Origin: Syntrophorhabdaceae bacterium
GTDB lineage: Bacteria; Desulfobacterota; Syntrophorhabdia; Syntrophorhabdales; Syntrophorhabdaceae
Length of the DNA stretch: 64,000 nucleotides
Assembly (NCBI GenBank): GCA_963665295.1
Contig: OY762209.1
Location: 1,024,001-1,088,000, forward strand
Reading direction: 5' to 3'
Below, in pieces: positions 50,486-58,698 of the stretch. The notes under the pieces were generated by a model. That model was not told where the DNA came from. It saw only the letters and a program-made list of their open reading frames with translations, and searched no databases. The position numbers and the translations under genes are program-made. Position 1 is the stretch's first letter; each line of letters begins with the position of its first letter.

Positions 50486-50561
50486 CCTTTTTTTGTCCCC
50501 CCGGCCCCTTCCCGGACATGCCCCGGGAGAGCCCCGGACCGGGCCGACTTCTTCATTATCC

Positions 50562-50590
50562 TTGCATACTTAAGGGGTTTATGTTAATTT
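50562..50590 (+). promoter_or_regulatory. Sigma70 promoter of ileS
   Basis: TTGCAT-17 nt-TAATTT with extended -10 TG. Confidence 0.55.
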
Positions 50591-50623
50591 CTAGAAACTT
50601 CTTTTCAAGGATACCTTAAGAAA

Positions 50624-53383
50624 ATGGACTATAAAGAGACTTTGAACCTGCCGAAAACACCTTTTCCCATGAGGGGCAATCTCCCTGTAAAGGAAAAGGA
50701 AATGCTCGCCTTCTGGGACCGGATCGGACTATACCGCCGACTGGTCGAGGGAAAGGCGGACCATCCCACCTTCATCCTCCACGACGGCCCTCCGTACGCG
50801 AACGGGAACATTCACCTGGGCACCGCCCTCAACAAGATCCTGAAGGACATAATCGTGAAGTCGAAGTTTATGTCGGGCTTCAGGGCCGACTATGTACCGG
50901 GCTGGGACTGCCACGGCCTTCCCATAGAACACCAGGTGGAAAAGAACACGAAGGCAAAGAAGGAGAACCTCTCCAAGCTCGAGACCCGCCGGCATTGCAG
51001 GACCTACGCTGCGGGGTTCGTCGATATCCAGAGGGAGGAGTTCAAGAGGCTCGGCGTCATAGGCGACTGGGATCATCCGTACATTACGATGGATTACCGC
51101 TACCAGGCCACCATCGTGGAAGAGATAGAGAAGTTTTTCGAACGAGGGGATGTATACAGGAAGAAAAAACCCGTCCTCTGGTGCATGAATTGTCTCACCG
51201 CCCTCGCCGAGGCGGAGATAGAATACGAGACGAAAACGTCTACGTCGGTCTATGTAAAGTTTCCTTACGAAGGAAAAGGAGAGGCCCTCTTCTCCGGATA
51301 TCCCGAGAAGCCTCTTTACATGCTCATCTGGACCACCACACCCTGGACATTGCCTGCAAACCTCGCCATCGCGGTAAACCCCGAGTTTACCTATGTGTCC
51401 GTAGAAACGGAAGATTCCGTATATATCGTACTCAAGGACCTTCTCGAAGACGTGATGAAGAAGGCGGGAATCGCGACGTACAAGGTTATCGCGGAAATTC
51501 CCGGCTCAAGCCTCAAGGGCCTCAAGTTCAGGCATCCCTTTATCGAGAGGGACTCGGTCATTGTTTTCGCGGACTATGTGGCGAGCGACACAGGGACCGG
51601 CGCGGTCCACATCGCCCCGGGCCACGGCGAAGAGGACTATGAGACAGGGCTTGAGTACGGCCTCGACGTCTATTCCCCCGTAAACGAGAAAGGGGAGCTC
51701 TTCGAAGAGGTGGAATTCTTCAAAGGGATGAAGGTCTTCGACGCCAACCCCCATGTCGTGACGAAGCTTAAGGAACTCGGCCGCCTCCTCCACCAGGAGG
51801 AGATAGAGCACTCCTATCCTCATTGCTGGCGTTGCAAGAAACCCGTAATATTCAGGGCCACGGAACAGTGGTTCATATCCATGGACAAGAACGGCCTGAG
51901 GCAGAAGGCCCTCGATGAAGTCAACAGGGTCCGCTGGATCCCCGCGTGGGGCAAGGACAGGATCTACAACATGCTCTCCGTACGTCCCGACTGGTGCATC
52001 TCCAGGCAGCGGACGTGGGGCGTGCCCATCACCATATTCTACTGTGAGAAATGCAGGGAGCCCTACTGGAACCGCGAGACATTCAAAAAGGTCATAGAAT
52101 CCGTGGAAACACAGGGCGCCGATATATGGTTTGAAAAAGACGCCTCCTATTTCCTGCCGGAAGGGGCGAAGTGCGGCCGCTGCGGCAACACGGGGTTCGT
52201 GAAGGAAGAGGATATTCTCGACGTGTGGTTCGACTCGGGGGTGAGCTTTGCCGCGGTCTGCAAGAAGAGGCCGGACCAACTCAAATTCCCCGCCGACCTC
52301 TACCTCGAGGGCAGCGATCAGCACAGGGGATGGTTCCACAGCTCGCTCCTCGCCTCAGTGGGCAACGAGGGAAAAGCCCCCTACCAGTCCGTGCTCACCC
52401 ACGGTTTCGTGGTGGACGGGACCGGGCGGAAGATGGGGAAATCCTTGGGGAATATGATATCCCCCTCGGAGATCATCGACAAATACGGCGCGGAGATCCT
52501 CCGGCTCTGGGTCACCTACGAGGACTACAAGGACGACATAAAGATATCGAAGGACATCATCAATCGCCTGGTGGAGACGTACCGGCGCATCAGGAACACG
52601 CTCCGCTTCCTCCATGCGAATATCAACGACGATTTTAACCCTGCCACGGACCGGGTCGCCTACGCGGACCTTTCGTCTCTCGACAAGTGGCTCCTCTCGC
52701 GGCTTCAGAGGCTCATCATCAGGGTCGAAGAGGCATACAACAACTATTCGTTCCACGTTATATACCACAGCATCCATAATTTCTGCTCCGTTGACCTGAG
52801 CGCCCTGTACCTCGACATCGTGAAGGACAGGATCTATGTGGAAAAGAAGGATTCCCTGAAGAGAAGGTCGTCACAGACCGTAATCTTCGAGACCATCGTC
52901 TCCCTCCTGAAGCTTATGGCGCCCATCCTCTCCTCCACCGCGGACGAGATGTGGTCATACCTCGGCGACCAGGTCGAAGGGGAGAGCGTGCTCCTCACCG
53001 AATTCCCCGCCCCGAAAACGGAGCTTATCAACGAAGAGGTGGAGCAGATTTGGGAGAGCATCTGGAAGATCAGGGAGCAGGTCAACAAGAAGATCGAAGA
53101 GAAGAGGGCCGCGAAAGAGATCGGCCATTCCCTGGATACGAAGATCGTCATCACCGCGGGAGAGGACGATTACCGTCTCCTCACGAATATCGACGACGAG
53201 TTGAAGGGGATCTTCATCGTCTCTCAGATAGAGGTCAATAAGGGGAGCGAATTCAATATCGCCGTCCTCAAGGCGGAAGGGGAGAAGTGCGAGCGGTGCT
53301 GGCAGTATGCCGTGGACATGAAGAAGACGGGACCCTTCCCGAATGTATGCAAGCGATGCGAAGATATATTGTCTTCCCTGTAG
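50624..53383 (+). CDS. ileS: Isoleucine--tRNA ligase (type 1)
   Basis: HDGPPYANG, HLGT (HIGH-like), GWDCHGLP, WCISRQR, EGSDQHRGWF, KMGKS, C-terminal CERCW..CKRC Zn finger. Confidence 0.98.
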   Translation: MDYKETLNLPKTPFPMRGNLPVKEKEMLAFWDRIGLYRRLVEGKADHPTFILHDGPPYANGNIHLGTALNKILKDIIVKSKFMSGFRADYVPGWDCHGLPIEHQVEKNTKAKKENLSKLETRRHCRTYAAGFVDIQREEFKRLGVIGDWDHPYITMDYRYQATIVEEIEKFFERGDVYRKKKPVLWCMNCLTALAEAEIEYETKTSTSVYVKFPYEGKGEALFSGYPEKPLYMLIWTTTPWTLPANLAIAVNPEFTYVSVETEDSVYIVLKDLLEDVMKKAGIATYKVIAEIPGSSLKGLKFRHPFIERDSVIVFADYVASDTGTGAVHIAPGHGEEDYETGLEYGLDVYSPVNEKGELFEEVEFFKGMKVFDANPHVVTKLKELGRLLHQEEIEHSYPHCWRCKKPVIFRATEQWFISMDKNGLRQKALDEVNRVRWIPAWGKDRIYNMLSVRPDWCISRQRTWGVPITIFYCEKCREPYWNRETFKKVIESVETQGADIWFEKDASYFLPEGAKCGRCGNTGFVKEEDILDVWFDSGVSFAAVCKKRPDQLKFPADLYLEGSDQHRGWFHSSLLASVGNEGKAPYQSVLTHGFVVDGTGRKMGKSLGNMISPSEIIDKYGAEILRLWVTYEDYKDDIKISKDIINRLVETYRRIRNTLRFLHANINDDFNPATDRVAYADLSSLDKWLLSRLQRLIIRVEEAYNNYSFHVIYHSIHNFCSVDLSALYLDIVKDRIYVEKKDSLKRRSSQTVIFETIVSLLKLMAPILSSTADEMWSYLGDQVEGESVLLTEFPAPKTELINEEVEQIWESIWKIREQVNKKIEEKRAAKEIGHSLDTKIVITAGEDDYRLLTNIDDELKGIFIVSQIEVNKGSEFNIAVLKAEGEKCERCWQYAVDMKKTGPFPNVCKRCEDILSSL

Positions 53384-53847
53384 TCCCCCTTATCTTTTTC
53401 CTTGACCGGTGGACGAAGTGGCTTGTCACAGAGCACCTGGGCCACATGGAGGGCATCCACATTACGTCCTTCTTTTCTCTCGTGAACTGGAGGAACCTGG
53501 GCGGCGCCTTCGGTTTCCTCTCCCAGCACCCACTGGGGAAGTACGTGTTCATGGTCCTGCCCCTCATCGTTGCGGCGGGTCTTGTCTATGCCCTCATCGC
53601 CTATAAGCTTCCCCTCCTCAAGACCTTCTCTCTCGCGTGCATCCTCGCGGGGGCCGTGGGGAATATCTATGACAGGATGTCTTACGGCTACGTAATCGAT
53701 TTTCTGCTCTTCTATTACAAGAGTTTCCAGTGGCCCGCCTTCAACGTGGCGGATATCTCCATCTCCACGGGCATCGGATTGTGGCTTTTTGCCGAGCTTC
53801 TCGCCTCTCTCAAGAAGAACGGCGACAAAGTCCTCAAAACCCCTTAA
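53356..53847 (+). CDS. lspA: Lipoprotein signal peptidase
   Basis: DRWTK, NLGGAFG, GAVGNIYDR, VIDF, WPAFNVAD; follows ileS. Confidence 0.95.
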   Translation: MRRYIVFPVVPLIFFLDRWTKWLVTEHLGHMEGIHITSFFSLVNWRNLGGAFGFLSQHPLGKYVFMVLPLIVAAGLVYALIAYKLPLLKTFSLACILAGAVGNIYDRMSYGYVIDFLLFYYKSFQWPAFNVADISISTGIGLWLFAELLASLKKNGDKVLKTP

Positions 53848-53873
53848 GGGCGGGAAGAGAGAAAGGCCTGGTC

Positions 53874-54107
53874 ATGGCGGACGAACTCCTTGAAGAGGAA
53901 AAGAAACTCCGGAGACTCAGGTTCATGGTCGATTTTGCCCTCGAATACATCAGGACCCAGCATATTTCCCACGACGAAGCCATCTCCGTGGTGGAGGGGG
54001 TAAGAAACCACGCACTGAAACTCTTCCCCGGAAAAGAAGAAACCTTCGACCTCATCTACATGTCCCGCTTCAAACGGCTCCTCAACGAAAAATTCCAGAG
54101 GGCGTAG
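53874..54107 (+). CDS. Small hypothetical protein (77 aa)
   Basis: Helical protein 'EEEKKLRRLRFMVD..LFPGKEETFDLIY..RFKRLL'; codon style like host genes; follows lspA. Confidence 0.75.
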   Translation: MADELLEEEKKLRRLRFMVDFALEYIRTQHISHDEAISVVEGVRNHALKLFPGKEETFDLIYMSRFKRLLNEKFQRA

Positions 54108-54261
54108 ATGTGCGTCCACGGCGGCCGGTAAACAGTTGAATTCCTGTAATATGGATTACCCACATGGATGACACGGTGATTTTAGGGAGAGCGTGCGTAA
54201 CGGGTGTCATGACTATCTCCGGTGGCAGCCGGTGTAAGGCCAATCGCAGGTTGGTTCCCGC

Positions 54262-57200
54262 CTAACCCATCGATTCCTGCTCATGTTTTTCTAGTCTCGC
54301 GAAAAGCTTATCAATATAGTTATCCCGGTCATCAGTCATAAAGAGCACATGCTGGTCTTCAAGCTCTTCCTGTGTTTTGCCCCATTTCAATTGCGGGTAT
54401 GGCGACCATGAAAGAATGAAGCTGTTGAGAATTACGTTCGGATCGTTCAACCGCTTCTCGATCTCCTTGATGCGCCTATGAAGCAGGACCTTCTCGCTGC
54501 CTGGCCCCTCTCCATGAAGAAGGCCATGAGGGTCAAGAAACGTTACGTATTGCTTGTCTCCGGTCAATACCCAAAAAATAAAGTCTGGGTAGAAACTCCC
54601 AGCCTCGAAAAAACCTACGCCTTTGCCACGGCTCATGTTTCTGAGAAGGAAAAGCTCTGTTTCGTTGTTTTCAAGGGCAGTTCTGTTTGTATTGCACCAG
54701 CCCCTCAGGTCCGTGACGAACTGATATTCACTCTCATTGAGCATTACCGGCAGAACTGTGATTTTGCCACCTTTAGGGACATGAAAGAGCGGTTGAAAAA
54801 GGTGTTTCCCGAAATTACAGGCATTGAGACCACCGGCCTGAAGAAGATCGTCCTTTCGCAACTCCAGGTCCCTCTTTATCTGATTGATTCCCTGAATGAC
54901 CTGGGCCTCGTCGCCATCGACGATAAGCTGATACAGTTCCTCAGTCGGCAGGTTGTCATCGTCCGGCGTCAGCTCGCGGAGTTCGAGGCGCGGTTCGATG
55001 TATTCACGCTTGCGATAGTTGTAATAATGCTCACAGTATCGCTTCAGGAGTTCGCCGGCGATCTGCTGGAGGAGCATGACGCCTTTGAGGTCCGCAGGAT
55101 TAAGCCAGGCTTCAGGCAGGTATAGGACATACCACGAAGAGTCTCCCAGTAAAGCACGGATCCCGCCTTTGGTAATGTTGAGGTTATACCAGCTTTTTTC
55201 ACGCTTGAACTGTTCCAACTCAAAGAACAGGGCGTCATAATCAAGTAATGCAAGGTGGCGTCCGCGAAAATATGCGTTGCTTTTCCCGGCTGCAGAACTC
55301 GTCCCTTTCGACTGCACGGCCTGAATTCGGGGATACCAATCAGCCGTAACCCTATTGGCAGTCAAGTAGCCGGGGACAACTCCCACGGTGGGGACAGGGC
55401 CGTCCTTCTTGAAGTCGTACTCCTTGCCGTCCGATGCCTTCCGTTTAGGCCGGAGTATTTTCAATCTTTTGCCAAAATCATAGGTCACATTCAGCGGAAC
55501 TGTAATGACGGTCCTGCGCTCGTTTCCGGGCAAGCCTTCCTCTCTTAAGAATTCCCGGAATCTTTCCATAAAATCAGCCTCGATCCCGAAAACGTTGAGC
55601 GTCTCGATCTCAGGGATGAAGACAGGTTGCACGGGCGCATGGGATCTGCCGCTCCGCTTCAGGCTCCACTCGTATCCTTTAAGGCGGACGCCCCGGCCGA
55701 ATAGTTGGATAATCTGTGTCCCTTCGCTTTTCCCCACATGCATGAGCCCCAGGGTGCTTACACGCCAGCAGTCCCAACCTTCCACAAACTTCTTGGACCC
55801 GATGAGAAGATTGACAGCAGACGAGGAATCTTTTACCGAGGCAAACGTGGCTTCCGTAAAATCGCTGTCTTCTACTTTCAACGGAATATGGTTTTGAGCT
55901 GCCACCTCTGCAACGTGGTCGCAGAGTCCTTTTGCGTCCCCAACATTTATCAGCCCGAAGGGAAGCTCCGCTCCACCTACGCGTAGCGCTACCTCTCCCG
56001 AATCCCCCTTGATCCTCTCAAGTTCAAGGGTTCCGCCTGCGTCGTTATTGAAGAGGCGCCGGAGGATGTCACGATAGATCTGCTCCATCGTTTCTCCGGC
56101 ATTCATCGATTCTGCGAGATAGGTAAAAGAACCGGCGAAAATGTCGTTGCCGTCCTTGTCGATGAGGCCGGTGTCCTGACCCTTTCCGGTGAGGACCTTA
56201 TCCATTCTTTTGCACGCTGCCTGCCGGTCATGAAGGAAATCAGCGATGAACTGGATTATCAGGGCCACATCTGTGGCCACAATCCTATCATCTTCCGAAC
56301 CACCCTTGGCCTTTGAGACAGTGCTCCCCACGAAAACCCAGAGGGGTTTTTCGATGTTGAAGGGTGCGAACTCCTTTGATTTGTCATCGTAAATCCGCAA
56401 TTGCTGATAGAACTTAAGGAGACAAGCCGTCAGATACATGGCCCGCATGTCGTCAAACGACTTCGGGAGGTTCAGTATCTGATAGTCCTTTCCAAAACCA
56501 TCCTCATAGAACCACCGGTAGGAATAATCAAAAATAATGGTTTTGGCATAGCTATTCTCGAAGTCCTTGTTGTTGGCCGCCGATACCGCCTGCTCGAAAG
56601 TGGCCGAATACTCGAAGGTGAATCCTTTTGCACAGAGGTCGGAACGACGGGTGAACCATGCGCCCTCCTCTTTTCCGCTCATGCCCCGGTGTCCTTCATC
56701 GACGAGAAGCAGGTTTTGATCGCCCAGGCTTCTGGTGGCAATCGTGTTGGGGCCTTCCTGATCGCCCAATTTTGTTATCTCGATAACATCGACCTGGTCG
56801 AATGCACCCTGTTTGGATAGATCAAGCTTTTTCACCGACCAGAATCCACTTTCCTGGAATTCGATAATGTGCTGCTCGCTGAGACGCTCATTAGGAGTAA
56901 GCAGGATAGCTCGGGAAAGAACCTTTTCCTCGCCATGTCTTTTGGCATAATGGCGGTATTGAAGCAGATTGACATGCATAAGCAGCGTCTTCCCGCTGCC
57001 CGTTGCGTTCTGAAGGCAGAGTTTGTTCAGGTCGTCTTCAGAATACGGCGGGATGTCGGCGTATTCAGGCCAGTGGTGATTGAACCGATTCACAAAGACA
57101 TTGAGGTCTTTTAGAAGCGCCTGGCGATTCCCCAGGAAACGGTCCAGATATATTTCCGTGAAGAGGAGCGTCAGCCATTGAAAATACTTCCACACAACAG

Positions 57201-57522
57201 GCCTGCGTCGCTTCTCGTTAATGGCCTGGGTATGGCGCACAATATTTTCTTCATAGAGCAGAATCTGTTCCTTGCTGATGGCCGCCAGATCATTCCAGAA
57301 GAGGGTGCTGTTTACCAGGGCGTGGTAGAAATGGTGGAGATTGTCGTGATCGAGACCTTCACGGCATTTCTTGAGCGGTTCTGCCAGATCGTGGAAGGGC
57401 CTGGTAGTCCCTGTGTATCTGTCGGCAAGAGGGTCAATACCGAAGAGGCCCATGAGCCACTGATTGAGGACAAGCTTGTTGCGGAAGGCGTGCTGTTTGG
57501 GACCCTTTGATTTCTTAGCCAT
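54262..57522 (-). CDS. res: Type III restriction-modification Res subunit (SF2 helicase + PD-(D/E)xK-like nuclease)
   Basis: NATGSGKT, DEGH, EYSATF, FVEGWD, QLFGRGVRL, C-terminal FYPDF...FLDPHG. Confidence 0.88.
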   Translation of the reverse strand: MAKKSKGPKQHAFRNKLVLNQWLMGLFGIDPLADRYTGTTRPFHDLAEPLKKCREGLDHDNLHHFYHALVNSTLFWNDLAAISKEQILLYEENIVRHTQAINEKRRRPVVWKYFQWLTLLFTEIYLDRFLGNRQALLKDLNVFVNRFNHHWPEYADIPPYSEDDLNKLCLQNATGSGKTLLMHVNLLQYRHYAKRHGEEKVLSRAILLTPNERLSEQHIIEFQESGFWSVKKLDLSKQGAFDQVDVIEITKLGDQEGPNTIATRSLGDQNLLLVDEGHRGMSGKEEGAWFTRRSDLCAKGFTFEYSATFEQAVSAANNKDFENSYAKTIIFDYSYRWFYEDGFGKDYQILNLPKSFDDMRAMYLTACLLKFYQQLRIYDDKSKEFAPFNIEKPLWVFVGSTVSKAKGGSEDDRIVATDVALIIQFIADFLHDRQAACKRMDKVLTGKGQDTGLIDKDGNDIFAGSFTYLAESMNAGETMEQIYRDILRRLFNNDAGGTLELERIKGDSGEVALRVGGAELPFGLINVGDAKGLCDHVAEVAAQNHIPLKVEDSDFTEATFASVKDSSSAVNLLIGSKKFVEGWDCWRVSTLGLMHVGKSEGTQIIQLFGRGVRLKGYEWSLKRSGRSHAPVQPVFIPEIETLNVFGIEADFMERFREFLREEGLPGNERRTVITVPLNVTYDFGKRLKILRPKRKASDGKEYDFKKDGPVPTVGVVPGYLTANRVTADWYPRIQAVQSKGTSSAAGKSNAYFRGRHLALLDYDALFFELEQFKREKSWYNLNITKGGIRALLGDSSWYVLYLPEAWLNPADLKGVMLLQQIAGELLKRYCEHYYNYRKREYIEPRLELRELTPDDDNLPTEELYQLIVDGDEAQVIQGINQIKRDLELRKDDLLQAGGLNACNFGKHLFQPLFHVPKGGKITVLPVMLNESEYQFVTDLRGWCNTNRTALENNETELFLLRNMSRGKGVGFFEAGSFYPDFIFWVLTGDKQYVTFLDPHGLLHGEGPGSEKVLLHRRIKEIEKRLNDPNVILNSFILSWSPYPQLKWGKTQEELEDQHVLFMTDDRDNYIDKLFARLEKHEQESMG

Positions 57523-57584
57523 ATATCCCTTCCCGATATTCCAGGCAGTCAGGCTTGTTGCTCATGAGATAGTTACAAAGGTAT

Positions 57585-57618
57585 TTGTGTCTCACAGAGC
57601 CACTATTATGAGACACAA
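57585..57618. repeat. 10-bp inverted repeat between rhuM and res
   Basis: TTGTGTCTCA-14 nt-TGAGACACAA. Confidence 0.7.
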
Positions 57619-57644
57619 GGCGTTCCATAGCCACTCTCTTCTGT

Positions 57645-58697
57645 CTAATCACTATCTCGCCCCGACGTTTCTATTGCTTTTTCCATGCGTCTCAGTTCCT
57701 CATCATCAGAAAGGGCTTCAGTTTCAGCCTCAGTGGCGAGGCGATGGTGGTTGAATACCTCGTATTGCTTGAGCGCCAGCGTGTCGGCAACCTCCTTGGA
57801 AACCTTTCCTGCGTTTTCAAGGATCTCTCGTTCGTTGAAACGCAAGAAGGCATTCAGTTTTTCGCGCCAATCCCTCATAAAAATCTGTCTATGCCGTTTC
57901 GCCTGGTCTTCAGCATAGTCCAGATACATACTTACAATGCGGTTGAGTCCGGCAAGCTCCTCTTCGTTCAGGTAGTTTTTTGCAATCGTCACATCGCCCT
58001 TACGAACCTTCGTTCCTTTCCATGATGTAAGGCCCATGTTGGGCTTTTTTGCATCGGCCCGCCCGGCAATCAATTCCGCTGCCGTCTTACCGGAAATGGC
58101 GAAGTGCAGTTTGTTCTGGACGATCCGGAAGAACGTCAATGTCTCCTCTGCTTTAGGATTGTAGTCAACGGCCAGTTTGTAGATATCACGAATTTTCTGG
58201 TAGAATCGCTTTTCGCTGGATCGGATATCCCGAATCCGCTCCAGCATCTCGTCGAAGTAATCAGAACCGATGTTCGTGCCCGCCTTGAGACGGTCATCGT
58301 CCATGGTGAAGCCCTTTACGAGGTACTCGTTTAGACGTTCCGTAGCCCAGATGCGGAACTGAGTGCCACGATATGACTTTACCCGGTACCCTACCGCAAT
58401 AATGGCCTCCAGATTGTAGTGCCGGACGGAGCGTTGGATTTGTCTGCCGCCTTCCTGACGAACTATTAAGTAATCCTTAATAGTTGCCTTTTCCGAAACC
58501 TCACCCTCATCGTAAATATTCTTCAGGTGAATGTTGATATTGGGAACGGTTGTTTGAAACAAGTCCGCCATTGCCGCCTGGGTCAGCCAAACGGTTTGGC
58601 CCTCTATCCGTATTTCGATACGAGTTTTTCCATCTTCTGTCTGATAGAGCAAGAATTGACTGTTTTCCGGGAGGCCGGGTGTATTATTCTTTGCCAT
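57645..58697 (-). CDS. rhuM: RhuM family protein
   Basis: TVWLTQAAMADLF, HYNLEAIIAVGYRVKSYRGTQFR.WA, GFTMDDDRLK, IRDIRSSEKRFY, AKNYL. Confidence 0.92.
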   Translation of the reverse strand: MAKNNTPGLPENSQFLLYQTEDGKTRIEIRIEGQTVWLTQAAMADLFQTTVPNINIHLKNIYDEGEVSEKATIKDYLIVRQEGGRQIQRSVRHYNLEAIIAVGYRVKSYRGTQFRIWATERLNEYLVKGFTMDDDRLKAGTNIGSDYFDEMLERIRDIRSSEKRFYQKIRDIYKLAVDYNPKAEETLTFFRIVQNKLHFAISGKTAAELIAGRADAKKPNMGLTSWKGTKVRKGDVTIAKNYLNEEELAGLNRIVSMYLDYAEDQAKRHRQIFMRDWREKLNAFLRFNEREILENAGKVSKEVADTLALKQYEVFNHHRLATEAETEALSDDEELRRMEKAIETSGRDSD

Positions 58698-58698
58698 A

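Noticed and set aside
53356..53383. ileS/lspA overlap and glyS-ppdK adjacency as novelties
   Set aside because: Both are common conserved arrangements
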